A stretch of DNA of 64,000 nucleotides from a virus (taxonomy: Duplodnaviria; Caudoviricetes). Each line of letters opens with the position of its first letter. Position 1 is the stretch's first letter. Shown in pieces: positions 8,545 through 17,100 of the stretch. The stretch spans positions 10,782 to 74,781 of IMG/VR virus record IMGVR_UViG_3300020577_007690; one strand, written 5' to 3'. A program made the translations under genes and the position numbers. The notes beneath the pieces were generated by a model that was not told the DNA's origin, ran no database searches, and worked only from the letters and a program-made list of their open reading frames with translations.

Positions 8545-8929
8545 GACGGAAACGAAACAGGCGCCGCGCGCATTCGATTGGATCGGCAGTATGTGCGCCG
8601 CTGTGATCATGTCCGATCGCAAGCGCCGCGAGCCTACGATCGCGCCGCGCAGTGCCAGCATGATCGATCGGACCTTCGCACGCAACGATCGGACGCATGC
8701 GGAGAACATGCGTCAAGCGCGATCGGTGGCGCGGCGTCCGAGCGCTCCGCGCATGATCGAGCGCTCCGCACCGATCGCGGCGCCGATCGAAGAAAGCACT
8801 TCAGATCGTGCGTGTGACGTTGCCGCGCATGAGGACAATTTGATGATGATGCTACACATTCGTTGCCTGCTAGGTATCGGCGGCGATCTGCCTGACATCA
8901 GCAAGGATCGCCTAGACAAAGGCGTCTAG
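8537..8929 (+). CDS. Low-complexity Arg/Ala/Ser-rich protein, first rightward early gene
   Basis: Starts inside the right arm; repeated MIDR/MIER units; GATC-rich DNA. Confidence 0.5.
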   Translation: METTETKQAPRAFDWIGSMCAAVIMSDRKRREPTIAPRSASMIDRTFARNDRTHAENMRQARSVARRPSAPRMIERSAPIAAPIEESTSDRACDVAAHEDNLMMMLHIRCLLGIGGDLPDISKDRLDKGV

Positions 8930-9003
8930 TCTTTCTCGGATTCTGAGGCGAGCGCTGCCACCGAAAGGTGGCCGCTCACCTCACTACCCGAGAGGAGGTC
9001 TCA

Positions 9004-9123
9004 ATGGAGATCGAGATCATCAAGCGTCGCCGTCTGCCTGACGGATCGCTCAGCATCGCCCGCAGGTACATCGCTCCGGCGATCTACTTCGTCGAGTGTG
9101 CGGACTGGTGGGTGACGTCGTGA
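9004..9123 (+). CDS. Small hypothetical protein (39 aa)
   Basis: GAGGAGG SD; MEIEIIKRRRLPDG... Confidence 0.5.
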   Translation: MEIEIIKRRRLPDGSLSIARRYIAPAIYFVECADWWVTS

Positions 9124-9158
9124 CGCGCCTCACGCTCTCGTCGGAGCAGGCTGTGCCG

Positions 9159-9719
9159 ATGGCACGGCTTGCCTTCCCAGACTTCACCGGGAAGCGCTTC
9201 GAGTTCGACACGCGGACCATGTACGAGGTCCGATCGTACGAGCTGTGCTGGTCTGAAGGAACCAAGAAGGAGGTCAAGATCCTCCGCCAGCGACCGGAAG
9301 GCGGCCTGGACGTCGTCGAGTTGACAGCGCTGTCTCCCTGGGACAACGGTCGCTGGTTCACCGAGGACTTACCCAAGAACATGCTCATCGTCGAGCGGCA
9401 CTACAGCGGCAACCGGCAGTACGTGACCTTCACCGCGGCGCCCGGCTCGACCTTCGTACCGCAAGGCTTGCTCGACAAGCCGCAGATGGAGCTGACGCGG
9501 GATGAGCGGATGGTGTTGCTTGCTCACAAGCAACTCACCTCTGCGGCCCGCCCAGCGAGCTATGTACGGAATGGCCTCAATCCGGCGCGGCTGGAAGCGG
9601 CGATCGTGTCCCTCGTGAGCAAGAAGTTGCTCACGCGAAACCGTGCCGGATCGTCCATGGCGACGATCGAAGGCAAGAACGTGGCGCGAACCTTGCCCGA
9701 AGCAGGTTCGTTCTACTGA
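9159..9719 (+). CDS. Hypothetical protein with possible C-terminal winged helix
   Basis: GC3 bias; C-terminal AAIVSLVSKKLLTRN. Confidence 0.65.
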   Translation: MARLAFPDFTGKRFEFDTRTMYEVRSYELCWSEGTKKEVKILRQRPEGGLDVVELTALSPWDNGRWFTEDLPKNMLIVERHYSGNRQYVTFTAAPGSTFVPQGLLDKPQMELTRDERMVLLAHKQLTSAARPASYVRNGLNPARLEAAIVSLVSKKLLTRNRAGSSMATIEGKNVARTLPEAGSFY

Positions 9720-9763
9720 ACGAACGTCCGGCCCTCGGCTGGACTCAGCCCGTGAGGTATGCT
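9715..9763 (+). promoter_or_regulatory. CTGAAC-box promoter 3
   Basis: Box 9715-9731 ACTGAACGAACGTCCGG; -10 TATGCT at 9758; 26 nt. Confidence 0.65.
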
Positions 9764-9794
9764 TCGCTGGCTGAGTCGATTCGAGGAGGATTCC

Positions 9795-9887
9795 ATGTCC
9801 CTGATCAACAGGATTGAGCGCGGCGGCTTCGTGCTGTCGTGCGTGTTACTCGGCCTCGCCTACCGCCTGCTCAACAGGGGGCGGTGA
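9795..9887 (+). CDS. Very small hydrophobic peptide (30 aa)
   Basis: GAGGAGG SD; TGATG coupling to the next gene. Confidence 0.5.
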   Translation: MSLINRIERGGFVLSCVLLGLAYRLLNRGR

Positions 9888-10096
9888 TGGTGATCGTCAA
9901 GCTGGATGATCCGAAGTACCCGTCTGGACCCGGCACTGTCGTCGGGCACTGCAACTCCGTCGAGGAGTACCGCAAGCAGACGGAGGATCGCGACGGTGCG
10001 CCCAACCGCAACATGCGGCTGCGCCACGGTGACATGGCTATCGGCACGCGCGTCGCGACGGCGCAGTACCACGGTCCCAACAACAAGGAGCGCTGA
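9887..10096 (+). CDS. Hypothetical protein
   Basis: Translationally coupled on both sides. Confidence 0.55.
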   Translation: MVIVKLDDPKYPSGPGTVVGHCNSVEEYRKQTEDRDGAPNRNMRLRHGDMAIGTRVATAQYHGPNNKER

Positions 10097-10347
10097 TGGT
10101 CGAGTACCACGTCGACATGCCGAATGGGAGTACGCGCATCTGCAACGATGCGCAGCAGGCGCAACTTCTGGCGGTGTCGATCGCCATGACAGGGCGCACC
10201 GCTACGATCGACGTGGTCTGCTGGACGGAGGAGGATGCAAAGGCGTACGGCGGCGACGACGCTGTCAAACGTTACCGCGATGACCCCGACGCCTCTGTCT
10301 TCGATCGGATCGAGATCCGTGCGGAGAGCAAAGGCATGGTGCCCTGA
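10096..10347 (+). CDS. Hypothetical protein
   Basis: AAGGAG SD; GC3 bias. Confidence 0.65.
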   Translation: MVEYHVDMPNGSTRICNDAQQAQLLAVSIAMTGRTATIDVVCWTEEDAKAYGGDDAVKRYRDDPDASVFDRIEIRAESKGMVP

Positions 10348-10390
10348 ACGAACGTCAGGTGTTAGATCTGACGGACCGGATGATTAGACT
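10343..10390 (+). promoter_or_regulatory. CTGAAC-box promoter 4
   Basis: Box CCTGAACGAACGTCAGG, TTAGAT-N17-TAGACT; 25 nt. Confidence 0.8.
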
Positions 10391-10678
10391 AGAAACCAGG
10401 AGGGAACGATGATCCGCTACTAGATGGCAACGAGTTTTCCCGTGCAGTGTACAACCCAACTTGCGGGTTGGGTGCTGCGGTTCTGAGAGAGCGTCTGTCC
10501 AGGCACTGATGTTATGCGCTACCTGCGAAGGTAGAGAGCAAATTGGATTAGCCTGGCGGTCCCGAGGGCTTTTTGCCCTGAGCGATCGTACTTCCGGCGT
10601 GACGGCTAGGAAGGACAGAAGGAGGAGATGTCCCTCCCTGCTCAGGACCGCAGCACCGAACCCGCAACAGAGGAGCCC

Positions 10679-10870
10679 ATGACCATCAAAGCGTACTTCG
10701 AAGAGGCCGGGAGCGGTCGCAAGCCCGTTCGCATCAACATCGTCGACTTCAGTGCCTTCGTCCACGCCGGACCAGAAGAGTACGTGCCCGTGTTCCCGGA
10801 GGACGGCAACGAGAGCCAGTTCTTCGTGCTGAAGAAGACACTCACCGACCTGGAGGTGGTGAGCCTCTAG
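10679..10870 (+). CDS. Hypothetical protein
   Basis: AGAGGAG SD before ATG 10679. Confidence 0.6.
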   Translation: MTIKAYFEEAGSGRKPVRINIVDFSAFVHAGPEEYVPVFPEDGNESQFFVLKKTLTDLEVVSL

Positions 10871-11011
10871 GAGGCGCCCAGCTCTTGTGGGCTGGGTGCT
10901 GCTGTCAGACGGAAGCCGGATCTAGAGGCATGGCGAGCCCCGGCCGAAGGTCGCAAGACCCCATCGCGTCAATCTGACATCAGCACCGAACCCACAAGGC
11001 AGGAGGATCGA

Positions 11012-12280
11012 ATGATGTTCGAACAGGGGGCCGCGAGCGATGTCGCTCGCGCCGTGGAGGATGCCAAGCTTGCGCTCGCCGCAGGCTTCACCCTCCCAGA
11101 GACAGTGGTCCCGTTCGGGACCAAGGTGATCGACAGCGGCCAGGGGCTGTACCGCGAGAGCGAGCAGGCATTTGACGCGATGGAGAACGTGGACGACGTT
11201 CTCGATCAGCTTATCGCCCGCGTCGCCATGGAGGACCGTCGAGACATCAAGCTCGACTCGCTCTTCCGCAACCTGATGATGCGCAACGATGGGGCGCTCA
11301 TCCTGAAGGGTCAGCCGAACGCTCCCTCTCTCTTCATGAGCGAGACGGCGTTCGGCCAGCTCGCCAACTATGAGTACAAGGGCAAGCGGCTCATGCCGTC
11401 GAGCGCCATGTCGTACCTCTCGGACGACATGACGCCGATCGAGCACCGCGCCCGCGACGTCTCGGACTGGATACAGCGTGCGCAGCCGCCGCACAAGATG
11501 AAGCTGCGCACGCGGATGAAGAAGGGGCTCCCCCTGGAGAAGGGGGTAGCGGCGCGCGAGCTGTTCGCGATCACCAGCCCGACCTACAACACGGACGGGG
11601 ATGTGGACAAGGTCGCCGGCATGCTCAAGGAGATGCAGCTTCAGGGCGCCAAGGGGCGCGCGAAGTACGACGGCGAGCGCTGGACGATCACCTGGCTCTA
11701 CCACTCGACCATCGGCCAGGGTGAGAGCGTCGTCGCCGGAGAGGTCTTCGAGCTGGCGATCGTCGTCGGCGGCGCCGACGCGCGGAACGGCGGCCTCTGG
11801 GTCCAGATGCGCGTGCGGCGCAACCTGTGCCTGAACTGGATCATCATCGGAACCGCCGTGCAGAACCTGGGCAAGACCACCCACAACCGGCGCGACCTGA
11901 AGGGCTGGATCTTCGAGCAGGTGGCCGACGCCCTGAAGAGGAGCGACGGCTTCATCCAGAAGTGGAACGACGCCTGGAAGGCGAAGCTCCTCGGCAAGGA
12001 TTACGCCTCGCCCGAGGACGGCTTCGCGGATCTGGTCGCGAGGAACTACCTCAAGCCGCCTGCGGGGAGCGGTCTCGACAAGAAGGACTACATCGCGCGG
12101 CTGGTGTCCAACCACTACCGCGAGAAGGCGGCCTCGCCTTACGGCTACCTGTCGTGGGCGGACGCGGTGAACGCGGCGACGCGCATGCACGAGCATAGCT
12201 GGAAGTCGCCGTGGGCCGTCGATGACCAGGTCGAGCAGGGTAGCGCGCTGCTTCAGCACGTCTACGTGCTCGACAACTAG
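11012..12280 (+). CDS. DUF932-family protein
   Basis: FAITSPTY...KYDGER...GEVF...GGLWV...RRNLCLNW pattern matches the DUF932 core; very strong GC3 bias; CAGGAGG SD. Confidence 0.7.
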   Translation: MMFEQGAASDVARAVEDAKLALAAGFTLPETVVPFGTKVIDSGQGLYRESEQAFDAMENVDDVLDQLIARVAMEDRRDIKLDSLFRNLMMRNDGALILKGQPNAPSLFMSETAFGQLANYEYKGKRLMPSSAMSYLSDDMTPIEHRARDVSDWIQRAQPPHKMKLRTRMKKGLPLEKGVAARELFAITSPTYNTDGDVDKVAGMLKEMQLQGAKGRAKYDGERWTITWLYHSTIGQGESVVAGEVFELAIVVGGADARNGGLWVQMRVRRNLCLNWIIIGTAVQNLGKTTHNRRDLKGWIFEQVADALKRSDGFIQKWNDAWKAKLLGKDYASPEDGFADLVARNYLKPPAGSGLDKKDYIARLVSNHYREKAASPYGYLSWADAVNAATRMHEHSWKSPWAVDDQVEQGSALLQHVYVLDN

Positions 12281-12289
12281 GATGGTGTC

Positions 12290-12800
12290 CGACCCCGGCG
12301 GCCGTACAGTTGACGGCTGCCGGCACCACCGGACCCATTCGCAACGCTGCACGCGGATAGGATAGGCCGCGACAGAATGGAGGCAAGTCACCCGGAACCT
12401 GTACAGCTCCAACCGACCGTGGCGCAGCGGCTGCGGTCGGTCCCTACTCCCCTATATGGGCAGCAAACGAGAAACAGGCTGGTCAACAGAATTCAACAAG
12501 GCTTGGGGGCCTCACAATTCCCCGGTTTATGTGTTGCACGGTCGCGTGCATAGGGCACGCGATGGCTCACCCCCCATTCGTCGAAAGTGAGAACGCCCGC
12601 TAGTGCAGGGCTTGGCAGGCCACATCTTCCCGCACCGCGAGACGTTAAACGGAGTAGCGCTCTGCGGGTCAGGCTGGGTGCCGATAAAGGATGCGAGCAC
12701 TTCCTTCTTTCAACCCTGCCTCTGATCGTCACCGCGAAGCTTGAAGGCGAAGACGAGGGCGACATACTGCCCATCCGCCCCGCCGGGGACGGAACCAGCC
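12290..12800 (+). ncRNA. Candidate structured non-coding region
   Basis: ~570-nt gap without a credible ORF; many stems, including G-U pairs valid only on the plus strand. Confidence 0.4.
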
Positions 12801-12856
12801 GATGAGGCCGAGCGACTGAACGATCCGAGGTAGTCCTGAACGATAGGAGGTTTCCC

Positions 12857-13249
12857 GTGGCGTACAAGTGGAAGTTCATGTGCAGGTTGGAGCCGCAAGG
12901 GCACAGGCTGTTCCTCAGCGAGCCGAGCCATCGAGTGTCGGTCGCCGACAACAGCGGAGCAAGCCCAGAGCAGACAGAGGATGGTGTGCTGTGGTTCGAT
13001 CCGACTCGACCGATCGACGTCGGCAAGAACGACTGCGCCATCCCCCTGCTCGACGATGCGGGGCGAAAGTCGCATACCGCGACAGGGCACCTCGGGGCGG
13101 CGCGTCTGGTACAGATGCTCCGCGCGCTCTACGCAGAGAGCGATCCCGGGGCGCCTGCTCTGATGGTCCACACGACGGAGCCCGCTTCCTTCACTGCGCG
13201 TGCGGCGGCCCATTTCATCAAGAGGGGGGTCACGGAGCCTGAGATCTGA
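12857..13249 (+). CDS. Hypothetical protein
   Basis: GATAGGAGG SD; GTG start. Confidence 0.65.
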   Translation: MAYKWKFMCRLEPQGHRLFLSEPSHRVSVADNSGASPEQTEDGVLWFDPTRPIDVGKNDCAIPLLDDAGRKSHTATGHLGAARLVQMLRALYAESDPGAPALMVHTTEPASFTARAAAHFIKRGVTEPEI

Positions 13250-13252
13250 TTT

Positions 13253-13452
13253 ACTGGAAGACGACTTGTGCCGACAGACGCCAGGGCCGACGCCGTGTAG
13301 TTCGCGGCAGGTAGCAGCGGATGGGCGGCGCAGGCTCTTCCAGTTCTTTGTAGGGCGCTCGTCAGGTCTTCGTTCTGTAGTAGCCTACCTGCCTTGTGGG
13401 CGCAGAACGCGGGCATAAACAGACGAGCGTCCTCTAAAGAACTGGAGGAAGA
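13253..13452 (+). promoter_or_regulatory. Structured 5' leader able to sequester the SD of the 13453 operon
   Basis: 26-bp stem 13338-13363/13422-13447 covers GGAG; alternative 9-bp pairing 13253-13261/13336-13344. Confidence 0.5.
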
Positions 13453-13644
13453 GTGAAAGACGAAATGAACGTGGCGGGGGAGAAGCTGATCCTCGCCAAG
13501 TGCAAGGACAAGTCGCACGCCCACAACGCTCCGCTGGCGCTTCAGTCGGCGGAGAAGCTCACCAAGCGTGTCAAGGCGACGTGCCTGGGCACCGAGCACG
13601 ACCTGGAGCCTGTGGAGCGGAAGAAGAGAGGCAGGAAGGCATGA
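13453..13644 (+). CDS. Small basic protein
   Basis: GGAGG SD; ATGA overlap with the next gene. Confidence 0.6.
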   Translation: MKDEMNVAGEKLILAKCKDKSHAHNAPLALQSAEKLTKRVKATCLGTEHDLEPVERKKRGRKA

Positions 13645-13937
13645 GCAAGATACCCAAGCCAGAAGAGCTGTTCGAAGACCTGTCGCAGGAGGAGACGGAG
13701 ATCCTCAACACGACGCGAGACGTCCTGCTCAAAGAGATGCAGAAGAGGCGGGCGCAGCTCAAGAAAGACGGCTCCATCTATGTCGATGAGCCGGAGGGGG
13801 CGTACCGCGTCTTCGATCGTCTCGCCGCGGAGTTCCGCGCGCAGGGATGGCAGCTCGCACGCAAGTCCGGCAGGCAGGAGCTGTTCATCGAGGTCAGGGT
13901 GCTGGCGTCGTCGGCGCAGGACTTCTACGACAAGTAG
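13641..13937 (+). CDS. Hypothetical protein
   Basis: GGAAGG SD; coupled start at 13641. Confidence 0.65.
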   Translation: MSKIPKPEELFEDLSQEETEILNTTRDVLLKEMQKRRAQLKKDGSIYVDEPEGAYRVFDRLAAEFRAQGWQLARKSGRQELFIEVRVLASSAQDFYDK

Positions 13938-13993
13938 TCCTCGCACAAGGCTAGACGCGGCGGGCGCAGATCGCGTACCTTGCAGTGGTCTAG

Positions 13994-14338
13994 ATGTCCG
14001 ACCACTCAGAAACCGAAGCCGAGGATGACCTTCCCCCACGTCCGCGCACACGCAAGGACTGCCAGCTCGGCGGTAGCAACGACACGCGCCCCTGCGCATT
14101 CGTGAGCTGCCGCCACCATCTCTATCTCGACGTCAACCCCGAGACTGGAAGCATCAAGTTCAACTACCCACACCTTGAAGTGTGGGAGCTGCCGCAGAGT
14201 TGCGCACTTGATGTCGCCGATCGGGGTGGTGTTACACTAGACGAGGTTGGTGAGATCACGAACTTGACCCGCGAACGGATACGTCAGATAGAGGTCAAGG
14301 GTCTGTTGAAGCTGAAGAAGAAATCAAGGGAGGATTGA
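13994..14338 (+). CDS. Stand-alone sigma70 region-4 HTH protein with N-terminal Cys/His motif (myxobacterial type)
   Basis: RPRTRKDC...[16 protein letters not shown] and [28 protein letters not shown] (region 4.2 TRERIRQIE signature). Confidence 0.85.
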   Translation: MSDHSETEAEDDLPPRPRTRKDCQLGGSNDTRPCAFVSCRHHLYLDVNPETGSIKFNYPHLEVWELPQSCALDVADRGGVTLDEVGEITNLTRERIRQIEVKGLLKLKKKSRED

Positions 14339-14341
14339 GAC

Positions 14342-14830
14342 ATGAACATCAGAACGTTGCGCCCCGTGGTGGCGCTCTTCGCGATGGCGATCATCGCGCT
14401 GGCATGCAACCAGCGCGGGTGTCAGACCCGCCAGAGCGACGTCCTCGACAAGGCGCTCTGGTACGCCGAGCGTCTCGTCGATCACAAGGGGGAGATGCGC
14501 GCTCAGGTCTGCGGCGAGAACATCCGCCAGGCCAAGAACGACGCGCAGGCGGTGCTCGACGCGCGGGCGGAGGGCGCCGACAGCAGCAAGATCAGGCTGC
14601 TCGTCGAGACGGCGGACCGCTCCGAGGCGGCGATGGAGGTGAGCTGCGGCTGGCTGGGCAAGCCGCAGGCGGTGGACATGACGCCGCCGCCTGACCTGAC
14701 CAAGCCCGCCGATCTGCGAGCGCCTGACCTGGCGTCTCCGTCCGACATGAAGCCGCCGAGCCCCGACGGCCACGCCGAGGAGCGGCACACGAGCACGGCG
14801 ACGATGCTGGGGATGGGCTATGTCCGCTGA
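14342..14830 (+). CDS. Lipoprotein with PDL/DM-type Pro-rich tail
   Basis: Signal peptide ending in IIALA-C lipobox; PPPDLTKPADLRAPDLASPSDMKPP. Confidence 0.7.
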   Translation: MNIRTLRPVVALFAMAIIALACNQRGCQTRQSDVLDKALWYAERLVDHKGEMRAQVCGENIRQAKNDAQAVLDARAEGADSSKIRLLVETADRSEAAMEVSCGWLGKPQAVDMTPPPDLTKPADLRAPDLASPSDMKPPSPDGHAEERHTSTATMLGMGYVR

Positions 14831-14843
14831 AGGAGGATCGCGC

Positions 14844-14999
14844 GTGGGTGAGATGATCGTGCTCGCTCTGGACGGGTTGCTCAGCGCCATCGGCCTCGTG
14901 CGGAAGAAGAAGGCGCAGGCCGAGGCTGCCAAGGGGCGCGGGACCGGCGACAAGATCGAAGCCAAGCTCACCGAGGCTGGCATCCCCAAGCCACAGTGA
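14844..14999 (+). CDS. Small membrane-associated protein (holin-like architecture)
   Basis: AGGAGG SD; hydrophobic N-terminus and basic C-terminus. Confidence 0.45.
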   Translation: MGEMIVLALDGLLSAIGLVRKKKAQAEAAKGRGTGDKIEAKLTEAGIPKPQ

Positions 15000-15283
15000 A
15001 GCGCTCCTACGTCGCCGATCGCGACGCCTACCTCCGCACCCAGAAGTCACATCCACCGCTCGACTGCGCACCCGGCGAGCGCGTATGCCTGACGCGCTAC
15101 CATCTGGTCTGCCTCAACACGGGCGTGACAGACCCTGCGTGGTTCCAAGAGGGGTTGGTCACAGAGCTACCAGAGCACTTGCCCGAGCATGCGCGTGTGC
15201 TTTGGGACCGTGAGCAAGAAGCAGTCCTCGTACATCGAGGCAACCTCGCCCACCTGGGCGCCAACCTTCGGAGGTGTGAATGA
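14996..15283 (+). CDS. Hypothetical protein
   Basis: GTGA overlap with the upstream gene. Confidence 0.55.
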   Translation: MKRSYVADRDAYLRTQKSHPPLDCAPGERVCLTRYHLVCLNTGVTDPAWFQEGLVTELPEHLPEHARVLWDREQEAVLVHRGNLAHLGANLRRCE

Positions 15284-15438
15284 GCTACGGCAAACAGATG
15301 CAGATCAGTCCGCACGACAGCGCGGGGCCTTGGAAGCGCTTCACGAAGAAGTGTACGGTGAGAAGGATGAGGCGTCGTGCGAAGCGCGACCCGGAGAACG
15401 CTCCTGTGAAGAACAGCTACCTGGACTACTCCAACTAG
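15280..15438 (+). CDS. Small Arg-rich protein (52 aa, not in ORF track)
   Basis: GGAGG SD; ATGA overlap; ends convergent with the late cluster. Confidence 0.5.
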   Translation: MSYGKQMQISPHDSAGPWKRFTKKCTVRRMRRRAKRDPENAPVKNSYLDYSN

Positions 15439-15857
15439 GGCAGCCGCACCGACTGAAGCAGCCGCAGCGGTGAGAGCGGCACGACGCAGTAGCGGTCGCT
15501 GGCGCTGTCCACGAACCACACGTCCCAGAAGTACCGCTGACGGTTCTCTTCTTCGAGTCGCTTCGTGTCGAGCGGCGTGATGGAGAAGCTGCACCACCCC
15601 TCTCCCTCGCTCGTCAGGACCGTCGCCGTCTTCTCGAATTTCTTGTCGCCGAAGCTGCCTGGGCGATCCTTCACCATGAGGAGGACGGAGCCGCCTGCCA
15701 GGCTCTGCCACACCCCGTTGGACCGGACGATCCGCATCTTGACCGTCGTCGTCTCGCCGACGCGAAGCGCCAGCGTACGATACGCAGCCTGCGGGACGTT
15801 CAGCCCGCGCACACCACCAACCTCTACCACACCGATGACGTCGTCGAAGATCATCAT
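15435..15857 (-). CDS. BppU-N-like Ig-fold structural protein
   Basis: GETTTVKMRIV...FSITPLDT...YFWDVW pattern; last gene of the tail operon. Confidence 0.6.
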   Translation of the reverse strand: MMIFDDVIGVVEVGGVRGLNVPQAAYRTLALRVGETTTVKMRIVRSNGVWQSLAGGSVLLMVKDRPGSFGDKKFEKTATVLTSEGEGWCSFSITPLDTKRLEEENRQRYFWDVWFVDSASDRYCVVPLSPLRLLQSVRLP

Positions 15858-17089
15858 GCCCTCGTGTAGCCGACGAACGCCTTGACACGGAGCGCGCCAG
15901 TCGTGATGAGTGCGCCACCGACACACTCGATGCGGAGTGAGTCGCTTGGGAGCATGGTGAAGGCGTTCAGATCGTTGATAACATCGACGCTTGTGCCGCC
16001 CGCAAGGAGCGTTGCGGCGATGACCTGATCGAGTCCGTTCTTCTGGAGGGTGTAGACCTGGCTGTCGTCCACAGGACCGACGCCAGCTCGGATGCTGAGC
16101 CTGTTGATCCGCACCGGGTACGGCGGCGACCACTCGCCCATGACGGCGGCGACTAGAGGCGCCTGGCGGTCTTCTGTGCCCAGGTCGAGGAAGCATTCGG
16201 TGGTGTCGTTGCGCGTCGTCGTGTTGCCGAAGACGATGATGCCTCCGTTGTCACGGAGGAGAGCGTGCCCATCGAACATGAAGTCGTAGGTGAGCCCGAC
16301 GATGTCCACCGCGACCACCTGGCCGATCTGCCGCGGGATGGTGCCTGGCGTGAACCACGACGGCGAGCCGGCATCGCTGGCGAACACCGGATCTCCGGCC
16401 AGCTCGGAGCCTGTACCGGGCATGCTGCGTACCAGCCCGTGCTTGCGTGCGTAGAGCACCGCTCCGTTGGCAGGAGCAGCGCTACCGTCCACCCCTGTCG
16501 AGAGGATGTAGAGGTCGTTCTGCATGTTGCCAGCGATGTTGGCGAACGCGCGGTGAACGACTGGTAGCGTCTCCTCACCAGGCAGCCCGGTCTTGATCTT
16601 CGTGGTGCCGTCCACCATGAGGACGTGACGTGTCTGAAGACCGATCTGCCCTGCCACTGCGACAAGCAGACCGGAGTCTGCTTGAAGGTCGGTCACGCGC
16701 TTGTTGTAGCGGTTCTGCGCAGTCGCCCACCCGTTCGCGCCGTCCACTTCGAGCGTCTCGCCAGCAGCGGGCCGCCGCTCCCCGGTCTTGACGTCGCGTG
16801 TCCACGGGATGCACGTCGTGACCTTCTCGTCGGCGAGGTTCTTGTTCACCGTGAGCTGCACGAGAGGAGAGCCCTCGTAGTCGACGTTGAGAAGCTTCGG
16901 TGCCTGGATGTTCGGGTTGTCGAGAACGACGGCGCTCCCCTCCGGCTTCGAGACGATCTCCCAGAGGTACGAAACCTCCCCACCGTTGTTGACGTTGTTG
17001 AGCTGGACGTCTGTCGTTGCGGGCCAGGTGAGCGGAACTTCGCGCGCTCGCGTGGTCACACCGTTGATCTGTGTGAGGGCTTGGGTCAT
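15854..17089 (-). CDS. Tail fibre/receptor-binding-like structural protein
   Basis: N-terminal PKD/Ig-like segment (YLWEIVSKPEGS), beta-rich C-terminal domain; position after baseplate genes. Confidence 0.6.
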   Translation of the reverse strand: MTQALTQINGVTTRAREVPLTWPATTDVQLNNVNNGGEVSYLWEIVSKPEGSAVVLDNPNIQAPKLLNVDYEGSPLVQLTVNKNLADEKVTTCIPWTRDVKTGERRPAAGETLEVDGANGWATAQNRYNKRVTDLQADSGLLVAVAGQIGLQTRHVLMVDGTTKIKTGLPGEETLPVVHRAFANIAGNMQNDLYILSTGVDGSAAPANGAVLYARKHGLVRSMPGTGSELAGDPVFASDAGSPSWFTPGTIPRQIGQVVAVDIVGLTYDFMFDGHALLRDNGGIIVFGNTTTRNDTTECFLDLGTEDRQAPLVAAVMGEWSPPYPVRINRLSIRAGVGPVDDSQVYTLQKNGLDQVIAATLLAGGTSVDVINDLNAFTMLPSDSLRIECVGGALITTGALRVKAFVGYTRA

Positions 17090-17100
17090 CGCGTGCTCTC

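Noticed and set aside
10343-10359. GAAC-GAAC read as an alphaproteobacterial LexA box, or as an ECF sigma GAAC...TCTGA promoter
   Set aside because: The alpha box needs GAAC-N7-GAAC, and TCTGA follows only this one copy; the sigma70-type -10 at fixed spacing fits all 11 copies
15280-15438. MSYGKQMQ start as a sixth member of the M-x-G-x-x-M leader family
   Set aside because: Offset by one residue, lacks K/R after the second Met, and lies in an early-type operon; likely chance
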